Of a stretch of 64,000 bases of DNA, positions 27,020-42,530 are shown piece after piece. Under the pieces are notes generated by a model. That model searched no databases, was not told where the DNA came from, and saw nothing but the letters and a program-made list of their open reading frames with translations. Location: the NCBI RefSeq assembly GCF_009914755.1, contig NC_060928.1, one strand, 5' to 3'. Every line of letters begins with the position of its first letter. The stretch's first letter is position 1. The stretch comes from the human T2T-CHM13v2.0 reference genome, Homo sapiens. Made by a program: the position numbers and the translations under genes.

Positions 27020-27450
27020 CCAGAGAGGCGGCCAGGAAAATCAGAACCATCGGCCTCCCCTGCGGCAGCATCTAAGGATGAAACACGCCCGACGGCTTCT
27101 GCTGCCTTCTGCCTGATCTTCCTCCCTATTACCCGTATCATGCAAATCTGGACAAAGTTTTTGTTGAACTTGCCACTGAATGTGTCTAACCTTTCAGCTC
27201 AGCCATCTTCAGTGTGGGATGCTATGACTCACGGTCCATGAGTCATGGAGCCCACAGGAATCACAGTGAAGCCCAGAAATGCTGCCTGCTTCCTATCCCA
27301 CATGCATCACCAAGCCATTGGTGAAAAGCCTCCTCCTGTTTGTCTTCCTACCCAGGTGTTTTTGTCAGGCTACCCTTCTTCACTGAAAGCCAAGGCCTTT
27401 AAAGGATTGGATAGCAGCAGGGAACACGTGAATATATTCATGCCGTAGCC
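27020..27450. promoter_or_regulatory. Candidate AP-1/octamer enhancer
   Basis: TGACTCA (27225-31) and TGAGTCA (27239-45), ATGCAAAT (27140-47), CACGTG (about 27425), locally retained CpGs. Confidence 0.4.
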
Positions 27451-27516
27451 AGTAATTTAACAATTTTATTCATCCAGTCTCTGCCCTTGGTACCACTGCT
27501 GACCCCTGCACCCCAC

Positions 27517-27526
27517 CACACACAAA

Positions 27527-27602
<76 letters not shown>
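27517..27602. repeat. (CA)n(GA)n compound microsatellite
   Basis: CA run directly followed by GA run. Confidence 0.95.
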
Positions 27603-27885
27603 TTCACTTCCATCACTTCCAGAATAATTTAAATATTTTAAATATTAAGTATCTTTAAAGTATATTGTCAGGTAAAAGAAAAAAATCAGGACTGTAAGAA
27701 AAGAAATAGGATGGAATCAGAAGAAATTAATTGTTTTGTTTTGACAAAGTAATCTTGATTTTTTTCACTTTTCACATTTTTCAGAGTCTGAAGTATTGCT
27801 GACTACAACCTCTATAGAGTCATACAGACAACCTCACTATAGAGAAATCTTTACATTTACTTGAGAGGCTTAAAATAACATGTAA

Positions 27886-29220
<1,335 letters not shown>

Positions 29221-29384
29221 TAACTTTAAATGGTAATACTAATATCATTTAATACATATTTCCAACATAAATCTTGTTCTTGAAAATATTATTATTGAAG
29301 GTTAAAAAGTTACTTCTGTGCCAATAGATTTTCTTTTGAAAAAAATTGTTTTACTGAGGTAAAATTTACATATAAAGTCCACCA

Positions 29385-29550
29385 GGTCAGATGCAGTGGC
29401 TCACACCTATAATCTCAGAGCTTTGGGAGGCTGAAGCAGGGGGATCATTGAGCCCAGGAGGTCAAGGCTGGAGTGAGCCATGATCATGCCACCGTACTTC
29501 AGCCTGGGTGACAGAGCAAGATCCTGTCTCAGAAAAACAACAACAACAAA
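29385..29550 (+). mobile_element. FRAM (Alu right monomer)
   Basis: gcagtggctcacacctataatc...ttgagcccaggaggtcaaggctggagtgagccatgatc...cctgtctc. Confidence 0.8.
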
Positions 29551-30208
29551 CCACCTATTTTAAGTATATAATTAAAAAAAAAATTTCAAGTGTACAATTC
29601 AATACATTTGAGAGCTTTGCAATCATCACCACAATCCAGTTTGAGGACACTTCCATCACTTCAAAAATGTCTCATCATGCCTGTTAGGGTCAATTTCCAC
29701 TCCCACAACCAATACAAAGCAGCCCCAGATCAACTTTGTGTCTCCACAAATCGGCCTTTTCTAGACATTTCACACAATTGGAATCATATAAATGTAGTTT
29801 TTTGTATCTGGATTCTTTTAACTAGCATAATTTTGGGGGGTATCCATCTTGTGGCAGGCATTGAGTTCCTTATAACTGCTGTGAAGTACTCCATCATATG
29901 GCTGTATCATATTTTATTTACTAGTTGATGGACAACTTGGCTTGTTTCCAGTTTTTAGCTAAGAATGATTCTGTTATGAACATTTGTGTATGTTTCTGTG
30001 TGGCTATATTTTCATTTCTCCTGGATAGATTCCTTAGAGTGTCATGGCCTTAGAGTAGCATGGCTGATCCACACGGTTAAGTTTTCCTTAGAGTTTAAAG
30101 ACGTTGTCACTTTTTTTTCCCAAAACGGCTGTGCCATTTTACACTCCCAACAGTAATATATGAGAATTTCAGATTCCACACTTTTACCAATACTTGTTAT
30201 TGTGTGTC

Positions 30209-30541
30209 TTTTTTTGTTTTGTTTTTGTTTTTTTGAGATGGAGTCTCACTCTGTTGCCGGAGTGCAGTGGTGCGATCTCAGCTCACTGCAACCTCTGCCT
30301 CCTGGGTTCAAGTGATCCTTCTGCCTCAGCCTCTCGGGTTCAAGTGATCCTTCTGCCTCAGCCTCCTGAGTAGCTAGGACTACAGGCATGCACCACCATG
30401 CCCAGCTAATTTTTTGTATTTTTAGTAGAGACGGGGTTTCACCATGTTGGCCAGGATGGTCTTGATCTCTTGACCTTGTGATCTCCCCACCTCGGCCTCC
30501 CAACCTGCTAGGATTACAGGCGTGAGCCACCGCACCGAGCC
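30209..30541 (-). mobile_element. AluSc-like with internal 30-bp duplication
   Basis: Antisense dimer; gggttcaagtgatccttctgcctcagcctc at 30304-30333 and 30336-30365. Confidence 0.92.
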
Positions 30542-30738
30542 TATTTTGTGTCTTTTTAAATACAGCCATTCCAGTGGTGTGAAATTGTGTCTCCTTGGAT
30601 TTTAATTCACATTCCCGTAACTAGTAATATTGAGCACATACTTCATGTTTATCTGTTTTGGTGAAATGTCTATTTAAATCTTTTGCTCATTTCTAATTGA
30701 ATTGTTTATATTCTAATATTTGGCTGCAAGAGTGTTTA

Positions 30739-31645
<907 letters not shown>

Positions 31646-32071
31646 TTAGATGTTTCATAGTTTTAACTTTTACACTGAGGCCAAATATACATTTTGAATT
31701 AATTTTTGTGTTTCATGTGACATGGGGGTCTACTTTTTTTGTAATGTGGATATCCAATTGTTCCTGATGAAAGACAATAGTTTTCTCCATTGTATTGTCT
31801 TGGCATCTTTGCTGAAAACCAACTGACCATAATATAAGCATTTATTTCTGGACTCCCAAAATTCTGTTTCATTCCAATCCATGAACTGGAATGTCTCTCC
31901 ATTTACTAAGATCTTTTATTTCTCTCAGTCATATTTTACAGTTTTCAGTGTATAAGTCTTACACTTCTATTGCTAACTTAGTCTTAAGTCTTTTCTTTTT
32001 AAATATTATTGGGAATGGAATTGGGTTCTTAATTTAACTTTCAGATTGTTTGTTCTTTATAATAGAAATGC

Positions 32072-32375
32072 AGCCAGGTGCAGTGGCTCACGTCTGTAAC
32101 CACAGCACTTTGAGAGGCTGAAGCAGGAGGATTGCTTGAGGCCAGGAGGTTGAGACCAGGCTGGGCAACATAGCAAGACTCCATCTCTAAGAAGAAAAAT
32201 TGGTGGAGTAAGGTGGTGCATGCCTGAAGTTCTAGGTACTTGGAAGGCTGAGGTGGGAGGATCACTTGAGCTCAGGAGTCTGAGGTTACTGTGAGCTATG
32301 ATTGTGCCACTGCACTCCAGCCTGGGCAACAGAGAGACACCCAGTCTCTAAATTAAATGAATGAATTAATTAATT
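32072..32375 (+). mobile_element. AluJ
   Basis: J-type gaggattgcttgaggccagg and gtgagctatgattgtgcc; TSD taatagaaatg. Confidence 0.88.
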
Positions 32376-32473
32376 AATAGAAATGGAACGTTTTTGTATA
32401 TTAATCTTGTATCTTGCAATTTTGTTTAACTCACTTATTAGTTTTAATTGGTGGTGGTGGTGGTGCTGGTGGG

Positions 32474-32505
<32 letters not shown>

Positions 32506-34471
32506 TCCTTAAAATTTTATACATACAGGATCAAGTCACCTGTGAATAAACTTTCCATTTTTGATTCCTTTATTTTTGCCTTATTGCATTGTCTAGAACT
32601 TCTAGTATAATGTTAAATGTAAGTGGCAAGAATAAACACCCTTTACTTTTTCCCTGCCTTAGTGGGAAACCATATCATCTTTCATCATTATATATGATGT
32701 TAACTGGGGGGTTTCTTATAGATGTCCTTTATCGGGATGAGGAAATTTTCTTCTATTCCTATTTGTTGAAGTTTTTATCATGGATGGGTGTTGGGTTTTG
32801 TCAAATGATTTTGTCAAATGATTTTTCTTTGCCTAATGAAATGATAACATGGTTTTTGCCCATTAGTCTATTAATACATTATGTTACATTGATTAATTTG
32901 CAGATGTTAACCAACTTTACATTAATGGGATAAATCCCACCTGATCATGGTGCATTATCTTTTTTATATTTCAGGATTCAATTTGCTAATATTTTGTTAA
33001 GGATTTGTGCATCTATGCTCATGAGGACATTCTTGTAATATCATTGTCTGGCATTAGTATCCTAAGTTCAGAAGTGTTCCCTTCTCTATTTTCAGAATGG
33101 CTTAATGAAGGATTTATATATATATGATGCAATCCACAAGTGAAGCCATCTGGGCCTGTGCTTTTCGGTGTGGGAAGATTTTTGAATACTAATTTGATTT
33201 CCTTACTTATTATAGTTCTATCCTTTCTATTTCTTCCTGAGTCAGTTTTGGTGATGTGTATCTTTTAGGAATTTGTCTGTGATTTAATTTATTTGATTTG
33301 TTGGTGTGAGGTTGCTCACAATACTACCATATAATTATTTTAAATTCTGTTGGGTCAGTAGTATGGCTCATTTTTCATTCGTGATTGGCTAAATTGTGTC
33401 TTTTGCTTTGTTTTGTTTTGGTCAGTCTAGCTACAACTTTTGGTTTCACTGATTTTCTCTATTTTTTTTCTTTTCTATTTTATTGATTTCTGCTCTAATC
33501 TTTATTGTTTCCTTCTGCTTGCTTTGAGTTTCATTTGCTTTTTCCTAGTTGCATATAGTGGAAGCTTAAGTTATTTACTTGATACCATTTTTCTTTCTTT
33601 AAATAGGCAATAAAAGCTATAAATTTCCATCTAAGCACTGTTTTAGCTGTATCCCATAATTTTTAATATGTTGTGTTTTCATTTTCATTAAGTTCAAAAT
33701 ATTATCTAACTTTTTCTTTTACTCATGGGTTATTCAGGAGTGTTGTCCAATTCCAAATATTTCTATTATTGATTTATTATTTAATTACATTGTGGTTGGA
33801 GAACATATTTCATATGATTTCTTTTAAATTCATTGACACTTGTTTTATGGCCTAGCATACAGTATATTCTGAAGACTATTCCCTGTGCATTTGAAAAGAA
33901 TGTATATTCTGCAATTGTTAAATGGATTGTTCTATGTATGTCAGTTAGGTTAAGCTGGTTAACAGTGTTGTTCAAGTGTTCTATAGCATTGGTGATTAGA
34001 GAAAGCCCTGCTTTCTAGTTATCCTATCAAATAGTGAGAGTGGGGTATTGAAATCTTTGACTAGTGTTGTTGAATTATTGTCTATTTCTTCCTTCAGTTC
34101 TGTGTGTTTCTGTTTCATGTTTGAGGCTCTGTACTTAGTTTAATATATTAATAAATATATAGTTGGTGTATATTCTTGATTCATTGATCCTTTAATTATT
34201 ATGAAATATCAATAATTATGAAATATCCCTGTCTCTAGTAATAGTTCTTAAAATATATTTTTGTTGATGATAATGATTAGTATTTGCATAGCAAATGATT
34301 TTTTACTTTTTTACTTTTATACTAATATGTTTTGAGTCAAAAGTAATGTTTCTATGGACAGTATATAGTTGTATCATGTGTGTGTGTGTGTGTGTGTGTG
34401 TTTTAATCCAGTCTGACAATGTCTGCCTTTTGATTTGAGTGGTTAGACCATTCACATTAAATATATTATTG

Positions 34472-34784
34472 GGCCAGGCACGGTGGCTCACGCCTGTAAT
34501 CCCAGCACTTTGGGAGGCCGAGGAGGGCGGATCACGAGGTCACAAAATCGAGACCATCCTGGCCAATATGGTGAAACCCCATCTCTACTAAAATACAAAA
34601 ATTAGCCAGTGTGGTGGTACGTGCCTGTAATCTCAGCTACTTGGGAGGCTGAGGCAGGAGAATCGCTTGAACCAGGAAGTCAGAGGTTGCAAAGAGCCAA
34701 GATCGCGCCACTGCACTCCAGTCTGGTGACAGAGCAAGACTCCGTCTCAAGAAATAATAATAATAATAAATAAAATAAAATAAA
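34472..34784 (+). mobile_element. AluSc-like
   Basis: ggatcacgaggtca...atcgagaccatcctggccaa; (TAA)n/(TAAAA)n tail. Confidence 0.92.
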
Positions 34785-37700
34785 TTTTTTTGAGACTCTG
34801 TCTCAAAAAAATATTTATATATATATGTGTATATATATATACACACACATTATATATATACATAATTGATACAGTTGGGATTTTAAAAGGCCATTTTGGT
34901 ATTTTTCTATGTCACTTTTTTTTGTAGTTGTTCCTCCTTTACTGCTTTCTTTTGTGTTAAATACATATTTTCTGACTACCAGTTTAATTCCTTTAATTCC
35001 ATTTTACTAATTTTTGAGTTATTTTCTTCATGGTTACTCTGAAAGTTACAATATGCACCTTAACTTATCACAATCTATTGCAGATTAACACGAACTTAAT
35101 TTCAGTAAAATATAGAAAATTTGCTCCAATAGAGCTCCATTCCCTCCCACCCTCTTTGTGCTGTTACTGTGATATATATTATATGTCATATACATCTACA
35201 TTTGCTATAGACTTAATAGTAGAGTGTTAAAATTATTACTTTATATCATTTCATGTCTTTTAAAGAAGGTATAAAAATAAGATAAATATAATTATATAGT
35301 CACTTATATGAACCCACATATTTGCCATTTTCAGTGCTATTTCTTCCTATGGATTCCAGTTATCTGGAGTCATCTTTTTAGCTTTAAGGATTTCCTTTAG
35401 TATTTATTGTAAGAAAGGCATGTTAACAGCCATTTTTCTGTTTTTGTTTTTTTTTTAAATTCGGGATGTCTTAATTTTTCCTTCAGTTTTGGCAGGATAG
35501 TTTGGTTAGGTACAGAAGGTACAGAACTCTTAGCTGATATCTTTTTCTTTTAGTATTCTGTCATTCTTTTTTTAAAAAATGAGAAGCCAGCCATTCATCA
35601 GACTGATGCTCCCTATATGTGGTAAGCCATTTTTCTCTTGGTGCTGTCAATGTCTTCTCTTTGAACAATCCGACTATGATGTATCTAGATATTAATCCTA
35701 CACAGAGTTAGTTCTATTTGTTGGGTGTGTATATTAAGGAATTTGGGGAGTGTTTGACTATATTTCTTCAAATATTTTCCTGCTCCTTTCTCTGTCTTCT
35801 CATTCTAGGATTCCCATTATATGTATGCTAGCATGCTTGAAATTGTTTCACAAGTCTCTCAGGCTCTGCTAATTTTTCAATCCTTTACTCCTTTGTTCTT
35901 CAAATTTGATAATTTCTATCGATCTATCACATTAGCTGATGGTTTCTTCTGTCTTGTTGAATATGCTGTTGGACCACCTAATGATTTTTAAAATTTAAAT
36001 TTTTATACTTTTAACTCCAGAATTTGGTCCTTTTTAATTTTTTAAAAATAGATTTCTGTTTTCTTATTAAGATTCTCTATTGATTCATGTTTGATTGATT
36101 CAGTATTGTTATACTTTCCTTTAATGCTTTAAACATGGTTTCTTCCAGATCTTGTCCCAAGCTGGTCTGCCTTTCCTCAACCTTTCAAAGTCTTTTTATA
36201 CTTGTTTTATACATAATGTTGAACACATTTGTAACAGTTTTGAAGTCTTTGTCTGAAAGTCCAACATCTGGGGACACTCAGATTCTATTGACTTCTCTTA
36301 TTCCTAAGTATGGGTTACACTCTCCTCTTTCTTTGCATAGCTCATAATATTTGTTGAAAATGGACATTAAAGATGATACAATGCAGCAATTCTGGATTCT
36401 GGTATTTTTCCCCTGAAAGTTGTTGCTTCTGTTTTTGTTTATTTCTTTAGTAACTGGCCTGGATTAATTCTGTGAATTCTGTCTCCCTGGCAGTATGAGG
36501 TCACTGATGTCTCTTCTCAGCCTTTAAAAAAAAAACTCTTCTTTTCATTTTTAATCCTGGCTTCCTATTTGTTACCCCTGTTTCTGCATGGCTTAATGGC
36601 TGGCCAATGATTGGACACAAATTGTGATCAAACACCTTGAGCCAGGAAGACTTCCATTCTCTGCTGATGGATCTATCTGCGGGTAGAGGTGCACACTCTA
36701 AGTTCAGGCCATTTTCAAGTAGATATCAGCCTATGCTTTCCACTAGACTCTTCCTCATCTCTTCGATGCATGTGCTCAGCCTCAAGACTAGATAGGAGTG
36801 TGTAGATTGCTTGGGCTCTCTTTGTTGTCTGCTGCATACGTGGGCAGCCTCATCTGGGGATATGCTTACTCCAACCACAACTGCAACCTCAGGAAAATAG
36901 AGCCCACTGGCCATACCCAACCCACAGCCACCAAGATCATTATGGCCACTGACAATGCCACTAGTCATGAGCACTGTCCACCATCCAAATTGAATGGGCC
37001 TTTGACAGCAGCAGCAACCTGCCTGTCCTTTATGGACTGTGGTCCTCTACTCCTAGAATCTCCATGACAACTGAACTGCATTAGGGATGGATGCAACCCT
37101 AGGCAACAATTCCACAGATTCCCACTGTTCTAACAAAAGTTCAGCAGTTTTTCTAGTATAAATGCTTCCCCGATTGTCGTATGCCTTATTCAATTTCCAA
37201 AGCACTGAAGTGATTGTTTTTGTTCATTTTGTCCAGCCTTATATTTGCTTTCTTAAGAAGATTTGTTGACTTCCTTACTTGGCTATAGCTGGAAGTCCCA
37301 CCCAACATTTATTTTTAAATGCTGGGGATACTACAGAGAGGCTTGGCAGTCTAGATTATTGACATCCCATCCAATATAACTTGTATAGTGTCAAATGTCA
37401 TGCAGTTATTTGTAGGTGTGATAAAACATTTGTCTTTTTGAGTGCTTAAGAACCAACTCGAAACTGTGGATTGTTTTCTTATAAGGGAATAAAAACACAA
37501 TTGATAAATTAAAGATTTAGGTTAAGCCATTTGGGGCCTCAGTTCTGGATATACATTAAGAACTCAGTAAATGACCCACGATTCACAGATGTGGATTACC
37601 AGGTACATTTGGGGAAGAAATGTGCTTTTCCCCCTATTTCTATGATATTTCTGCCCACTATGTTTCACCAAACATGTATACCAAGTGTGTCATATGAAGA

Positions 37701-38111
37701 ATATGATTAATGACCGTTTTTTAAAAGTCTCTCCCCCAAAACATCCAATTATAACTAATTTTACTTTTTGGAATGATCTTTCTCTTCAAAGTCACAATGG
37801 GTTTTTCAGTTAATCTCAGGCAAGCATCTGATTGAGATGTTGCTAAGGTTAAACAGCAATACCATTTGATTAATATATTAAAACTGTCACAGTCATCTTC
37901 ATTTACCTCAGTAAAGACTGTTCATTACTTTCAATGGCTCTTTATTGCTATCTGACTAAAATTATGAGATAAAAAGAGCCAGCAAAGCAGTAGAAGATCC
38001 ATAACCTCTATTCCCCTATCCCTGAAGAAAAAAAAAAACAACACAGCACTTCCTATGGCATGATTCAACCTGGGAATAAAAAGAGCTTTGCCATCATCAA
38101 CTAAAACTCAC

Positions 38112-38170
38112 CACAGCTGGTGAAGTTAAAAATCAATACTAGCTCCTTAAAGGCACATAAACGTACTTGC
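38112..38170 (-). other. Weaker candidate 59-nt exon
   Basis: Minus strand tttgttacatcatctcag|GCAAG...CTGTG|gtgagt. Confidence 0.25.
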
Positions 38171-38404
38171 CTGAGATGATGTAACAAATTGGTTCAACAA
38201 CCAGAAAAATGGCCCAGAATGACCTTTAATCACCACAGCCCAGTCTCCCTCTACTTACATCAAAACCAAACTATAGGGCCAGTTACCCAAACCTTTATCC
38301 CAGCCCACTTCTTGAGAATTTTCTTCCTAAAGGAGAAGAAGAATGGCGGTGGGGAACGGGACAAAGATTGGCTCAATGATCTAGCTGTGTTAATAACACC
38401 CTCA

Positions 38405-38746
<342 letters not shown>

Positions 38747-39611
38747 AAGATTTGGCCTTTTTTTGCTTTAAATGCAAAGCAAGTATGATCAAAGAACCAA
38801 ATCTCAAACTATCAAAACATAGATTGATTTTGCTGTTTCAGCCTGGAATGGAATAGATGTGTGTTAAATTTGCAACATACTACTCCAGTTTTCTCCATGA
38901 GCAGTTGCAGTTTTAGCCACGTTCAGTTCTTACCATGTTAAAACACATTTGCAGAGCTTCTTCTCTATAATGAAACCAGTTTGAAGGCTCCAAATTGCTT
39001 TCTTATGGGAGATGTTATCCCATATATCCTGATAACTGTTACAATATTCATTTAAGGAAGGTAGGGAGCAGGTATTATAATTCCAGTAAAAGAAGAGCCA
39101 AGTGCTTAAAACATACCCCCAAGAGGTCTCAGAGTTAATAAGTCGCAGAGTGAGAAAAAGTCAAAGTTGTTGGAGTCGGCACAGAGCTGTGTTTAAGACA
39201 CCGAGCTGGCCCTGTCCTGGGTCACCACTTATGTAAAGAACAGCTCAAAATCAGAAGGGACAAAAGGCCAGAGAAATAATCTGCTTGTCTGCATGTCCAT
39301 ACACACAGGCATCCACCAAAGGTTTTATTTTGTGTATTAACTAACCCAACAATATTTCCCAGTATATCCAGATGATTCTATAAAAACTGTGAGTCTATCC
39401 CCAGGTACTGTAACTTGTTTGGATAATGAAATGTATCTGTACTTCACAAAAGTTTACCTCTATTTAATCATATCCTTGGCCTAACAAATACTGCCAGTCT
39501 ATACTGGGAGGCTTTTTACTTTTTCCTTTTCAAAAAAACAAACCAGGTTTACACAGAGACTACTATGCTTTTTTCAAAGGAAAGATGAAAATAATTCAAA
39601 TGAACAGTATT

Positions 39612-40027
39612 ATTTTAAAATTAATTTTTAATTCATAAATTAAAATTGTGTTTATGGTGTGCAACATGTTTTGAAATATGTATACACTATGCAATGGCTA
39701 AATTGAGCTAATTAACATATGCATTACCTCACACACTTATCATTTTTTTTTGTGGAGAGAACACTTAAAATCTACTCTTAGCCATTTTCACGTATACAAT
39801 ACATTGTTAACTATAGTCACCACGTTGTATAATAGATCTCTTGAACTTATTCCTTTTGTCTAATTGAAAATTTTGTATCTTTTGACCAACAACTCTCACC
39901 CCCTCCCACCATACTCCCAACTCCTGGTAACCATCATTCTACTCTCTGCTTCTAGGAGTTCAACTTTTTTAGATTCTCTATTTAAGAGAGATCATGCACA
40001 TTTGTCTTCCTGTGCCTGGATTCTTCT
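39612..40027 (-). mobile_element. L1MA (L1MA7-9-like) 3' end
   Basis: ggctaaattgagctaattaacatatgcattacctcac...aatagatctcttgaacttattcct. Confidence 0.85.
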
Positions 40028-42214
40028 TATTTTTTTCTCTACCTGATGTCTGCCCTGTTTAACTTATAATTACATTTTGAATAGATGTAAAGTCTGAAAA
40101 GTTATTTCCATTGAGGTCTGAGGTGGAAGCAAAAGCAGAAAACACAAATATGATTTTTAATAAGTCACGATGGGAAACAGTAAGACTGGTCAACTTTCTA
40201 TCAAATTTATTTTCATGATACATTTGTAAATGTTCAGAAGACAATAATGGCTTTAAATTCCACCATACTATAGGTTCTAAATACTAGCCTTATAATCGGA
40301 AGATCTAGGACTTGTCATCATTAACTACTTATTACGCAGCAACCTCCCACTGCCTAACACAGTATCATTTATGTGGCTGCCCTCAAGGATAATATGCCCT
40401 GGAGCAGAGTCACAATATTCTCACACCACAGAAAACCAAAACAATATAGTGGCAAGTACCGCTTGATTTGTTTACTAGGTATACCCAGTCCAAGTTGGCA
40501 GAAAGGAAACTTGTGCATATTAAAATTCATTGTCCACTTACACAGTGATCCTTGTACTGCAGAATTCCCAAGGGACCTACTTTACCAGCAGCAGTGGTTC
40601 CCCAGGTAGGCACTGGCAGGGTCTGTTGGAACCATGCCCACTACGGTGGCAGGAAAGTAATGGCAAGGACAAGCACCCAGCTCCAAAGTCAGACTAACGA
40701 TTTGGATGTCCAGAAGTCTGAGGCTTTTAAAACAATTCAACTTGGTGGATGGTTCAATTTACCACTTCTTTCTCAAAATTCCTCTCTGCAAATTTCTATG
40801 AAGATTTAGGGTTCTAGAGCTGGAAGGAACTTGGCATGGGAGTTAATCAGTATCATGAACTGTTGATGGCACGAGGACTTCACCTCCTGCCCCCAGGCCA
40901 GTTCTGCTTTTACTACACCACTGGGTTGGGGTGCATTTGGAAGTGACAGCAGCATTGCTCCTTTGTAAACATGGTTGGGTCTGGGTTACCTAAGGGAAAA
41001 TTCTAGAGGGAGCTCTCGGACAAAGTTCCAGATATACTGGGAGAAAAGTACCTAGTAAAAGAGAAACACAAGACACTCCTTGGGCATAAGGAGAAAAAGA
41101 ACGAAATAGTATTGGGGGGTAATAGGCTAGGGGACAGTGCAGGAAAGACAAGCAGACATGAGAATCCTGGCATGTCAGGGGCCAAGGATGATGTCCTTGA
41201 GGCCAATATGATTCAACTCGAATAGCTGAGAAGGGCTGCAAGAAATACAGTGTCCTATCTCACTGGCTTTGTCACAAAGGGTTAACACTAGACAATTTTC
41301 TTTTTCTGTGCTTTCGTGTACCCCATTTTAAAGTGAGGATAATAACATTTTGCCAGCAACGTCTGTCAAAGGGGACTGAGATACTAACATGTGCCTCTGA
41401 AGGAGTCTTGAAAGAGCACCAGATTCAAGTCCTAGCTCAGCTAGAACTCTGTGTCCTAGGAAACATCCCAAAACATCCCTTAAGTTCAGTTTCCATGTCT
41501 GTGACAATCAAGGATTGGGCTCCTTGAATTAAGTCTGCCCCAGGTATATGATTTCCATACGTGAAGTGCTTTAAGTTCCCACAAGGAAAGTTTCTGTGTA
41601 AATTACAAATGGCTTTAAGAGCCCTGTCAACTCAACCTTCCTCCCATTCCTGCTCTCCGCACAAGCAAGAGAATCACTTAGAAAGCATTGTAAGCTATAG
41701 GCAATGGGAAGAAAAGGAGAGAGACTGCACACAGGCACTTTAAGGTAAGGCTGCACCAAGCCCTTAATGCTTTACTTTGCACGAGACAGAATGTGGATTA
41801 GCGTGTTTATTTCAGAAGCCTTTCTGAACACCATACCTGGCTATTTAAATTCACAAGGCATTTGTTGTCACACTTTGTCTCATATTAACAATGGCACAGA
41901 AGGCACTGGCAGTTCTCTCAATATTCTCACCCCAGAATATTCGTGGATGGGGGTATTACTCAATGGCACAGTTTCTTTACTTATTATGAATGTGCTAGGG
42001 AAGGACCATTTACCCCCACTCCCCTAGCACCCAGTATTTTTAACTAAAAGCTGTTACTTCAAGAACGTAATTCCCAGATCCACACAGGGGCACTGTCAGT
42101 TTTAAAGGCATCGCATCTTGTTTCCTCACTTCTTTGAAGCTCATAAGAAACCTCTCCTTCTGAGCGTCTACTTCACCTAAATGATCTCAAATTCCTTGAA
42201 TCACAAAACCAGTA

Positions 42215-42530
42215 AGAAAGGGAGGGGTTTGGGGAGGGGGCAGGGGAGAGTAGTGAGGAGAGAAAGAAAGAAAATGGGATGAACAGTGGCTTAGTGCAAC
42301 GGGCTGCGAGTGTGTGACACAAGATACCCACCGCAGACAAAGAACGCCATGAGACTCGCAGGGAGACAATGACGGCTCCAGGAAAAACGCAGCGCTCACG
42401 GGGCTGGCAAGGGAGCCTGGCGCAGCTCCCTTCCCAGACCCGCTCTCCCTGCCAGCCCAGGGCTCCCAGCAGCTGCTCCCCAGTAGAGAGACACATGGTC
42501 ATTTCCTAGCCGAAAGGAGGGCTACCGTTT
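42215..42530. promoter_or_regulatory. CpG-retaining GC-rich segment with a G-quadruplex motif; candidate internal promoter or enhancer
   Basis: About 13 CpGs in about 230 bp of non-repeat DNA (42300-42530); five G-runs at 42220-42246. Confidence 0.45.
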
